This document shows positions 33,701 to 45,046 of a stretch of 64,000 nucleotides of DNA, piece by piece (the first letter of the stretch is position 1; each line of letters starts with the position of its first letter). The translations under genes and the position numbers were made by a program. The notes beneath the pieces are model-generated. The model made no database searches, was not told where the DNA came from, and worked only from the letters and a program-made list of their open reading frames with translations. The stretch is from Phoronis australis (lineage: Eukaryota > Animalia > Phoronida), in assembly GCA_002633005.1 (NCBI GenBank), contig NMRA01000003.1:1727618-1791617 (forward strand), written 5' to 3'.

Positions 33701-36700
33701 GATATCGCCATGGCATTGTTTTGGGTTTCATCTGGAATATACGCGCATTCATTGGCTGGGGACCTGTTCAGTAACCCCAGGTTTTGTAACAGTGTGCGCA
33801 TGCACTCGAAGATGTTGTTTGGAGTTAGTGCATTGAAACTGACGCTACTTCTGGCTATTGCTGCGATGGTTGTTGATATTTGGAGAAATTATGAAAATCT
33901 GAGTAGTTCCACTTGTTACAAAGTGAGTGTGACGCCCATCATCTGTAAATTCATGTTCATCTCGCGAGTGTCTTTTTCATTCGTTGCGTGTGTCTGGAAT
34001 CTGTTGTGTGCCAGTGTCTTATTCTCCGTCGTCAGGACCCACACAATAGGTATATGGACTTTGTTACTGATTATGGTCGATTTGATGTAAAACTTATCTC
34101 CAATCTATTCTAATTTGGCATTCGGCTTATTTTACTATATTATGCAATATGCAGTTAAATTATGTTGATTAAATTTTATCTCTAATGCTATAAAACTGGC
34201 ATTAGTTGGTTCCTGGAATAATCTATCTAGATTTTATCTGGGGAAATTGGATTGATCTCATGGTCCAAGTTCACAAACTAGTTCAACCATGCTTTGTCCA
34301 AGTTAGCAAGTTTTAGTGTTACAATGGTCCTAATACAGCTTTCTGTTTGCTGTACCATCAATCCAACTTTAAATGTTGTTAACAGGGTTTGGCACAGTTA
34401 GCTACACGGTATATTTATCGTTTAAGAAAGAAATCAACTGACTTATGAAATTTGAATATTCTGATTTAAAAAATGAAGGTTTTTTCACTGAGGTCTTATA
34501 TTTTGTGGTTATTCAAAAACAAACATGATATCAGAATCCACGTGACATCAAAAGACTCAATGAGATGTCAGGGATGCTCGTGGCACAGTGGATAGAATCG
34601 CGCTAAGTTCTTCATTACTTAACAAAAAATGTTTATAAGAGATTGTCTGTCCAAATCGCATAACGATAATAATCCTTGTTATTTTACATCAGCATGCATG
34701 CTATTTATATGCTATTTCTAATTTTTGTTTGTAAGTGCTGCGGAGATTCATTAAGGAACTTGAAAAAGACGGTTTGTTGTTTGAACTGGGATGGGCCAAA
34801 AGACGTGAACATCAGCTTACCAGACAACTGCACGTCACATCTATATCAGAGGGTAGGTCCTGCATTATCAAACTACGTCAGGTGTTGTATTCAAGCTTTG
34901 CAGGTGTATTAGTGTTTACAGAAATATTGTTTTACATTGTACTAACTCAAAAGCCTTTTTCTCTAATATTTTCCATTTCGATTCTGCCCAACAACCTTGT
35001 AGCACCACTTTTCCTTATTTTGAATAGTCTTTGCAACTTTTGTACTATAATACATATGTTATAACGTTTCATTATTCAATCTAGATTATCACCGGGCCAT
35101 GTTAGATAAAACACACCGTTTTATAGACTCTGTGGCACAAATACTCCCTAATACTATAAAGAGGGTGTATTTACCACCTGAATATACAGGTATAATTGCA
35201 TGTGAACCTTCGAAGAATGGAAAGATGTGGTTGTAAAAGTATTAGGGTGCATGTGGCAGACAGTTCAGTAGGTCTTCACATCCAAAATAAAGTTTGGCAC
35301 TCAATATGGTGAGTAAAAATAAAGTTTGGCATGTATAAAAGTTTACTCATGTTATCATCATGGCTAGAAGTATGGTCACAAATTAATATCATAATTTTTA
35401 TTATTTGGAACATGGTAGTTGAACTTTAAAAAAGTGGAACAGTTTCGGCATAATCCCAATTGTGCACTTTATGTTTTGTCATGCATTTGTGAACAGTTGG
35501 TCATTAACACTGCATTTGCATTATCTCCACACCTGTCATAGCATGGCACACCGTAACAACTGCTTTAGTGTTTTGTTGTTAAAGTGCATTATTTGTCAGT
35601 CTTTGTTTACTAAATCTGATCAGCCATTTTTGAGAATGTTGTTCCGAAGTTCCCGTATTTGGACATTTTTAGGGTGCTATATAACCATAATGTTGATGGA
35701 ACACTTTTTGATTGGTGCTCCATCATTAGCTAACATTCTGCTGTTTGAGGGTAATTGAAACGTTCGCTACCGTGCACATGTTTTACTGGTGTGAAATTTT
35801 CCCAAAATCAGAGCCACCACTGGATTACTCACAACTGTTTGACGTGAATTCAGATTTTGTGACGCCAAAAGCCTGGCCTGATTTTTTTATTATGTTTTTT
35901 TCTGGATTTTTACGAGATGTAATTTAAACTTGACTTCACATTAAAGTATTTTAGTATTTTCAAATGTCATTTGTCAATAATGTTTTGCTTTCTTACGTTG
36001 ACTGTACTTCGGGAGCAGGTTTTCTGTTATACAGAATTTGTTGAATGCACGACACTTTTCATTGTTCACGGTCTTTATTCCGTTGCGTTCATACTTTCTG
36101 AACAAAACTCTACTCTCTACTGAACATAGATACAGTAACTGACCTAGCGACATAATTAAAAGACACACGATATTTCGAAACATACTTGTTTCATTCTTAC
36201 ATTGAAATACATGTTTGTGAGTGGAGTTGTCATTTTAATTTTATTTCAGGTGAATACCTTTGGGACGATGACATTTCTTCTTTTCCTTCCACGTTCGCGG
36301 AATCAGGAAATCCTTCAAACACAGTTCTTATCAACATTGATCATGAGAAGGGTTTTCCAAGAGAAGCCAGGCCTTCAAATCAGATGTTGAGTACCAGCTA
36401 TGATTCACAAAGACGCTTGGATTTGATGGATGATCCCTTCATGGAGAGTGCAGCGTCTCGAGCCCAACTGATGTCTGTACGTTATACATCTTTGGAAACT
36501 ATTGTAGTTTTGGTTCGTGGTATTACCATGGAACAAATTGATTTGCTATAGTCAGTGGAAAGATTCGCTGCTGTTAATTTGACTCATTACAGTACAAAGT
36601 TGGTAATTTTAGCTTGATTTTACTGAATTCATGACTGCTTTGTGGTAGTGGATTAACTAAGAACTTGAGAAACATATGTTTAAAGGACACCAAGTCCAAT

Positions 36701-39700
36701 TTTGACCTATTTACAGAAATTAGAAACTACTTTTCCTCCAGTTCTCTGAAACAAAATAATGTTTTGTAACCCCTGACAAACGGCAAGCTGTTGGAACAAA
36801 ATTTGAATACTTATTTCAAAATCTTGATGTGCAAACATGACCTACACTTTAGGCAACTTACATAAAAACTGTTAGAAAGAACACCCTCCAAGATTCACAA
36901 TATCCAGTCTTTGACCTAAATAGTATGAGTTTTTTGCTGAATCGTGCGTTTATCATTCAAGTGTGACGCCAATGTTGCATTAGCAGTTGACAGAACAAGG
37001 ATTGGCTGAAATCACGAAACAGGGTTTAGTATCCCTTTAAGAGTTCAAAACTAACAGCATAACAAAAGTCATTATTCATTGTAAACACAATGTTCCATTT
37101 TACTGACTGTTGGGCATTGGTATTTTTTAGCCTTTGTTCATCTGAGGATGCTTTATAACCATTATAAACTTAATATTCTACAATAATTTTCCTCTGTATT
37201 AAGGTCAAAGAAGTTGTTATTAAGAAAAGATTTGACTGTAGTTTCCGTCCTCTGTGTTGCAGGATGAAAGGTTCTTGAGCTTTGAAATACTTTGCAACTA
37301 AACATTGAGTCTGATTCTCAGCAACAGCAACTGTTTTGAAAGGAGATGTTTTAGACAATTTAGAAGTTGTCTAAGGCTTCATTAGAATCTGGTCACTTTA
37401 GCTGTAAAATAAAGATTTCTTACCTTTTGCAATTCCAGTGATGGTCGACTATATTTGTTTTCACATGATCGAGCATGTTGTTACACATGTCACTGTTGTG
37501 CGTTGGTTTTCTAGAATGTCAGTATAAACAGTGGTGATGATGAGTTAATGACCATGCCCCTGGAGGGCCCTAGAGAGCCAGGCATGTTGTCGGTCAACCA
37601 AATACTGGTCAGTTGGTGGAAACTACAGGTAATGAGTGCCGAAGGTGTTGTGAATAATCAAATTAACCAGATCAATAGCAGTATTAATCTTCAGAACTTT
37701 TTTGAATTTAATAACCGTATCTCAGTGGTGTAAGCAGGTTACCAACCAATTGTCCTGGCCGAACGGACTAATCTTGTAGATATCCATTGTACAGTAGCTG
37801 TTTACTTCTAATCATAGACCTCTACAAAAGTACATGCTTGAACCCTCAAAGAACCCTCTCTTTAATCTGGTTGCTTTGACGTGTTTTTACCGACTTTTTA
37901 GCAAATCAAGCAAAACAATTCCACTTACCATGTTTAGTTTTTTAATACGCACTACCTCACTTAAGTTGTCACCTTCGGTACCATCATAAAAGCAGTGACT
38001 TATCTTAGTGATGACTGATGCGGAACAAATATGGTATTTGTGTTTTGCATGTAATTGGTAGTGAAGGAAAGGACACGACTCGTGCAGACTGATGAATTAA
38101 TTATCTGATGATGAGTTGAGCGAGGCGATATGTACTGCCTTTTGTGATGTCACAGAATGAACATGTGTAACTCCTGAATGAAAGCAGCAGGAAAATATTT
38201 TTGCATTGTGCATTATGGTCTTTTTTGATTAAAATCAAATTTTCAATTCATGAATTGAATTTGATTAAAATATTTCCATTGACTTCCTCTTAGTCTCTCA
38301 GATAGATCAGTTAGGTACCATTTGATAACAGCTACGTAATACACTAACAGTTTTGTAATTGTTTTGTGAAGTTTTTATTGTTCTTTTAAATCTGTTTTTG
38401 AATTCGCGCCCTTTATTTTAGACGTCTCCTCTGATGATCGAACATCCTGGAATTACTATAAGTGATGTATTCAAGTGAATTTGTTCTCCTGGTTACTGCT
38501 GTAAACATTGGTCAATTATTACACTGTATGTCAACACAAGAGCGTGTGTTGGTTTGAAATTGTAATAGGAAGATAGAACCTGCAGAAGTCAGTATTGTCT
38601 TCATCCATATTTGAATGTACGCAAGAATTTGAATGGTACTGATCTGCCTTTGCTGCGTATTATTTGAATTCATTGGATATTTTTTGTTGGTGTCACTGTA
38701 TTAGTCTATACATGTATTCTGTTTCAGTGTCGGCTGCACATCTCTTCATTAGCCCTGCAGCGCTGGTTATTTGGTTGGATCGTGTTCATCACCGTCATCT
38801 CAGTGCATTACATTGTAATGTGGCTCAAGCAAGAGCCCACGGTGCTGGAGGTGTTTGAGTTCGTCATACCCATCCTCTTGCTACCTCTACTGTGCTCGGC
38901 ATATGCTGAAGTCAACTATGAATGTTCACGTGTACCAAGGGTAGGGAACTTTGTCAGCTGTGTTACAGTCTTCATAACTTATTATGTTGCCACCATAATT
39001 TTGCCCATTATATACTGAAGTTAACAAAGAATATTTGCATGTTACAAGGCCCCAGTTTTGTAAAAAGCAACTGGACAAAATGCATACCATTGCCCCATGA
39101 TGATAACCAATGGTTGGTGGTTTACCCAATCAAGACTTGCCACTGTAGCTTTAAAGTCTTCTCATAATCTCCTCATGTTCGTTATTAATTTTCTCCATCA
39201 TTCCTGGGGTGACTACTGCAATGGTGAATTATGGCATTAGGTGCTACATCTCATTTCCCCACTCACAACTATGACTGATTCTTACCATTTGGGATTACAA
39301 TAGCCACTTACCACAGCACTTAAGCTATGTTGCATAAGACTTCAAAATTATCCGCTGGATAAGTTTGATTGTTGCATGATGTCAGGTGCATTATTCAACA
39401 ATAACTACATGGCGCGTGATAATGCGAAGTCATTGTTGCTATACGGCGTATAACGTTATGCAACTGGGCCCAGGACTTTTATCACTGGCTTCATCTGTTT
39501 GGGGATTATAGGGAACAGAGATGGGGGCAGTGATAACTGGTGCCTGTTGGCGGCGACATTCTGCCCCACCCATTTTGACACTGCAGACTATAAATACTAA
39601 ATCGGTGTGAAAATTGAACCTTTTCATTGTTTGAAACACAAAAATCAGCAAACTGCAACAGAAGAAAAGGGAAATAATCGCATTGCAACTGCTGTTCCTT

Positions 39701-42700
39701 TATTGATATGTTCCAACCTGCCTGAGCAACATAATGGAATGGCTTAACTTGCGTACATAGTTCTGCTTATCAGAGTGGTATTAATAATCTCACTCTAGAG
39801 TGCAGTCTTATGTTGGAATGATTATTTATGGGATGTCCTTTAAACAAAATGGTGAAAGGTGTGATTACAGAAAGTTACCTGTCATAGTCATATATTGAAG
39901 CCACTAGCCTAGTGAAAGATGTGTTTGAAAGAGGAAACAATTAATATATAAACCTGTCCATTCAGAAATTTATACTTGTAGTGACAATTGAACAGTGTTT
40001 CTGTTTTTATGCATCTCCTTTTTGCATAAATGGGTGCTTGCAGCTGTCATTAACTGCGTGTCCATCATCTACCATCCACCTCTTTCTCTCCCGACCACAG
40101 TTGGATTTGAATTTATGAAAATTTGTGGATAAGTTTCTGTTATGTCGTGTGGAGAGGGGAGTGAAGAAGTCGTCTTTACTCGAATAATACTTTATTGCAG
40201 ACTTTTGTATGTTTTTGCAATTAGGACTAAATGCATATGAACTGTTTGGTAAGTGTTATGTAATAAACCATTCTAAGTGTGCCATATAAGGTAAGTGTAG
40301 TTCCAGTAAAACCACGTCGCTATTACAGTTTCTACCAGAAAGACTGAGAACAGAGCCTGCCGTATTTCAGACTTATCAGTCCAATTAGTTCTGCTCAGTG
40401 GGAATTTTAATACTTTGGTGTTTCGTTTTGGAGTCTGCCTCTCCATCTGTTTGAAGAGCCATGTTGAAATTTCTCATTGTTATTGGGGATTGTTGGGTTG
40501 ATGTTGATTTTTGGATGGATTAGACTACTGCTGTGCCCTCTAGTCAGTTTTAGTTTTTGTGACTTCTTGTCTGCCAAGAAATATCTTTATATTTGACAGA
40601 TGTGTTTCAAATATGTTTGCCGTTAGTATATGCGAGCACCCATTTGTGTTCAGATGGATGTATTGCGCCCTGTAGTGGCAGATTTAATTTTTGAAATCAG
40701 TCTTATTCTGCCAGACCACTTGAGTTGCCGGTATGGTTTTATTAAAACTAAAATGGCCTTTTCTGTTGATGTTTGTTCAAATCTCCAAAGTGCATCCCTG
40801 TAGTGAGTATCATATTTTTGACACTCATTTTCTGCAAAATCTTTTGAAATTTTTGTAATATGTTTCCAAGACCTCCCCACCTGGGAGGAAGGATGCCTGT
40901 ACCATCTGAGAGGGAAATGTATTAGTTGAGGGGAAAATCCTCCCCTTCCTTCTTCCCGGTGACCACCTATTCCGGCAATGCTTCAAATAGCAAAACTAAC
41001 TAACCTGAAAGGAAATTTTTAATTGCTTCATGGTGAATTTTGGGCCTGGTGAACATTACATGATTTTTTAAAATTTCTCTTAATAGGGGAATGAGGGCAA
41101 TATTCAGCCTCAAAACCAAGGCTTTGAGGGAGCCTGGTTTCTGTTAACAAGATTATTGCACATTCCCTCATGATTTTTCAGACTAGTGTAATTTGTGCTG
41201 TGTGAGGCATTTTTAGGTTTAGTAGTGCTGGTCATTAATGGAAAGTTTAATTATAGAGAGTACCTCTTTTATTTTTCTCATTCTTCATGCACATGTTGAA
41301 TGCATATCACTGCTCTGTATTGTTGAAACATCACTGCCTGTATCAGATACTACTGATTTGATGTCCATATCAGTGAAGAACTTTTTGTTTTATTCAGGCG
41401 ATTGTACCAATTAGTGAACGACTGCCTCTACTGAGACAGATGCTGCAGCAGCCCTTACAACTGACGGTATGTGTACACTGAGTTTTTATTACTATTTGCT
41501 CTCATTCAGTGGCTATCCCAGACAGTGGTAGAGATAGAGCAATAAAATCTTTCTCTGTTACTTAAATGTCGTTTGTTAATATAGTTATTGTAATAAAAAT
41601 GATCCAAGCATAAATGCACATATTTAGCCCCATGCATCCATGTAAAGCTGTATCCTACACCCTGAATTAGATGAATGTGCCTATTTGTAGTAACAAAAAT
41701 AGAATTCTATCTCTGTGAGGAATTTGCGGTATTACCGTAGATCCAATGTTATGAGTAAAAGGCCTAATTTACTTTTCATTTTGGCCTATTAAAAGGGCGA
41801 AATGCATCTTTAAACAATGCGATTGGTAGTGTTTTGGTTTACCAAAATTGTTTTCATCTGTTACTTTTCTCCACTTTCGTCGTAATTATTTAAGCAAGAC
41901 AAAATACAAACGAATGGAGCTTACATTTGACTCTTGTGTATACAAAAAATATTTAATGTGCTTGGGTTTTCCTCAAGATGGTTGTAACTGAATTAGGATA
42001 CTGATAGCCATGAGGCAACTTCTCCACTAACATTTGGGGTTATGTTGCCCCAACTCCTAAGTGAGCTTAAAGGCGAAGGCAACCTTTTTTCATGTCATTT
42101 TGAGCTAAAATATGGTTGGTTGGTTATCCTAGACATATTTTCCACTTAATTACAGCTTTTCGTAATTTTATTAATTACTCGTCCGCTACTCAGGAAGTGA
42201 CGTTTTAGGAGACAAGCGTTTCCCGCCACTTGGTTTTGCGTTGAGTTTACCGTGCGAATCTGTTCTATTCTACTTTTGTTTTGTGCTGTTTTACAACAAT
42301 TGTCGCCATCACTTTCCATCGGCGAGTATTCTGCGGCAAGATAGGTTAATAGAGAACTCAACTACGTTGGATTTAGGGATTGTTTAGTGTGTTGTAAGCT
42401 GAAAATGGCTGGAGTCGGTGACCCGTATCACAGTGACAGTAGTGTGAGTGACGGAGACCTTGTTCACAGCAGTGGTGACGAGGAATTTTTTCACGGACAT
42501 TCAGTGGGTGGGTACATGTTTGAGCCCGAGTATAACGAGGCAGAGTACGCACAGGCACAGGCAGCTGTTGAGAGAAACGAGGCGGCTACTGAGGACAGAC
42601 GTGGTGACACATCTTGGTGCAAATGCACTGTGTGCGTTGTTATGCCTACCTCAATGGAATGCTTGTGCTGTTCNACGGTAATTCTCGACTGCTTTGTACG

Positions 42701-44587
42701 TTGCGTGGACGGGTAACGCTGCGTTCTTCACACGAACGAGCCAAGTACGGCGAAGTGTGTCATCCATCGGAAAGCGATGCAAAGGTTCTCCCAAAGCGCG
42801 CGTGAGACGATAATTAGTACATCCCGGTACGCAGCAACAGTGTGGCGTGTTGACTGACTAGTAAATGAAAGCAAACGAGGACGGAACTTAACACAACCGA
42901 GGTAGAACAATGACTGACTCGGCAGCTCTCACAGTCAGACTATATGAAAAGAAATTGACGCGAAATGCTTGCCTCCTAAAACGTCACTTCCGGAGTAGCG
43001 GACGAGTAATTAACAAAATCCCGAAAAGCTGTAATTAAGTGGAAAATATGTCTAGGATAACCAACCAACCTTATTTTAGCTCAAAATGACATGAAAAAAG
43101 GTTGCCTTCGCCTTTAAGCCAGACCGAGACTAACCCATCGTAGTCGATTCACAAATTAATGTTTGTGGCTTAGCTGCGCATTGGTCATTTGCCTTTATAC
43201 TCATTTTTCGTTTTTGAGTTAGAAAATCTCATGTTAAACAGGCGCCTTGGTTTACGACCCCAATTATCTCATCAGTCAAGCTCATGAATAGTGACCAGCT
43301 CACTTTAATCTGTGAAGGCACCAGTAAGCTTTTGATGTGCTGCAGAATTTGGTGGATACTTTGGGGTAAACAGCGCACACTTTCTCGTTCACTTGCGTGC
43401 TATTCCTGTTAGATCAAGATTTGCCCAATACCTCTAGTAAAGCTCAAGTGTTTATGTTACTGTCTGCCATTATTCACTTCTCAAGGTAGACTTTTTAATA
43501 TTGTGGTTAGATGGCTAGTTCATGAGTCAATTGCATATTGTCCAGTTAATCAAAAAGACGTGCAGACTTTCCTGCACAAATCCTTACCACTCGAATATTG
43601 ACAGCAATTCCAAGGATAACATCTCATGGCAGTATCCACAGGCAATTCATTTGTAGACTGTCATAAACTACCACACTGGACCATGAAACAAATATGTATC
43701 AATTTAGTGTGAGACACGTGAAAATTATACCTAGCTATCAGTCCGATTCACACAGTCATATTTCTTCCCAAAATATAAATCGAGTTGCATATGTACATCA
43801 TTTCAATTTAGATCAGGAAACTTTTTTACAAGAGCAATCGTATGCACATTGTATATTCCAAGGGAATATTTGTCCTAAGCTTTTTTACAAGAGCAATCGT
43901 ATGCACATTGCATTTTCCAAGGGAATATTTGTCCTAAGCTTTTTACAAGAGCAATCGTATGCACATTGCATTTTCCAAGGGAATATTTGTCCTAAACTTT
44001 TTTACAAGAGCAATCATATGCACATTGCATTTTCCAAGGGAATATTTGTCCTAAGCTTTTTACACGCTGCTTCTGCCATCAACCTGCATGGAAAAGTACT
44101 GAGCATCCAGTCTAATATTGTACACATATTTACACACCTGGTTTGACAGTAGGAAGTGGCCATGGGTCTCATTAACCAAGTCGCCTGGAACTACTTCCAT
44201 ACCACACGAGGTCCAGAGGTACATGAATTGCCCGTTTTCGATTTAAGTGAGGCTATGAAATGCAAGATTTCTATAATTTGGTGTTGAAATTTTTTTTCAA
44301 ATCCAAGTACTTCTGAACATAAACATTGAAAGTACATTCAAGCAGGTGCTCCAATTGCTCATTGCACCCATATTTGCCCAATTTCTCATTTCAGATGTTC
44401 GATTCACCCTATCACCTGTACGTACATTTCTTTGATGTTTGGTTCACCTGCCACCTATATTGACCATTTCTTTCAGATGTTTGGTTCACCCGTCAACTAT
44501 TCAAGCATCGCCACAGTGATCACTGCTGTAGGGATAGCGTTTGCAACCAAGATCATATTCGACGAGTTCTCCAAGAGTCCATTATAG
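30706..44587 (+). CDS. Uncharacterised 7-TM protein, DUF3537/gustatory-receptor-like (7TM ion channel superfamily), 547 aa, 8 exons
   Basis: Exons 30706-30800, 33352-34049, 34736-34852, 36250-36476, 37515-37628, 38728-38940, 41398-41466 and 44477-44587 total 1644 nt in one frame. Seven hydrophobic helices with a long loop after TM4. C-terminus LLCSAYAEVN...ERLPLLRQMLQQPLQLTMFGSPVNYSSIATVITAVGIAFATKII. The gene model is strong; the family call is inferred. Confidence 0.8.
36684..37036. mobile_element. Possible Kolobok-type MITE
   Basis: TTAA|AGG...CCT|TTAA ends with imperfect TIRs (AGGACACCAAGTCC vs AGGGATACTAAACCC). Confidence 0.4.
40340..41325 (+). mobile_element. Degraded family-A Helentron-like element, opposite orientation
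   Basis: Reverse-complement satellite units (gtgccctctagt, gcgccctgtagtggc) and a terminus-like tgctctgtattgtt near 41320. Confidence 0.45.
42405..42673 (+). pseudogene. 5' fragment of KolX / P2X7 ballast-domain-like protein
   Basis: MAGVGD...GYMFEPEY...RRGDTSWCKCTVCVVMPTSMECLCC matches the YxFEP...WCxCxxCxxMxTxxExxCC signature of P2X7-C-terminus/nanor-like proteins. It stops at the single N (42674). Confidence 0.8.
42675..42848 (-). pseudogene. 5' fragment of THAP-domain transposase
   Basis: Manual translation (T)PHCCCVPGCTNYRLTRALGEPLHRFPMDDTLRRTWLVRVKNAALPVHATYKAVENYR shows the THAP N-terminal CxVPGC, HRFP and W signature. The start codon appears as ACG, so the ORF track misses it. Confidence 0.8.
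43821..44064. repeat. 58-59-bp minisatellite x4
   Basis: acaagagcaatcgtatgcacattgcattttccaagggaatatttgtcctaagcttttt(t) units at 43828, 43887, 43945 and 44004. Confidence 0.92.
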
Positions 44588-45046
44588 AGTACCAGATGGC
44601 ACCTCAATCTCAATGATTTTCATATTTTTACAATATGCAATTTTACATACATCCTGTTAATTGTATTTATTGGATAAGGTTTATGAACTGTTCTTATTTT
44701 AAGTAACTAGTTTTGTAGTTGGAATTTTCCATACTTAACGATCATGTTGCCTAACATTTCAACGATTTTAATATTTTATGATATATATGTAATTCTACAT
44801 ATATACTATTAATTGTATGGTTTGTTGGTGAAAGTTTGTGAATTGTCCTGAAAAATGTTTATGACTAGTTTAAATAACTGTTTTTGTGGGTGATTTGCAC
44901 CTTATTTAATGACCATCTTATATAATGCCTCTTTATAAATTCGATTCAGGCAATGTCTTTCAACCGTTTCGAATGACCTGTCTCGCACAATAAAACGTTA
45001 CTGTTAACATGTTTTTTTTGTGTATTTTCAACTTATTTTTTACATT

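Larger units (their letters stand above)
42071..43113. mobile_element. Kolobok DNA transposon, internally deleted or collapsed
   Basis: ~160-bp TIRs starting AGGCGAAGGCAACC and ending GGTTGCCTTCGCCT. TTAA TSD at 42067-42070 and 43114-43117. Convergent KolX-like and THAP ORF fragments inside. Confidence 0.88.

Noticed and set aside
43694-44146. 150-aa ORF with internal repeats
   Set aside because: Produced by the 58-59-bp minisatellite; the frame shifts between units.
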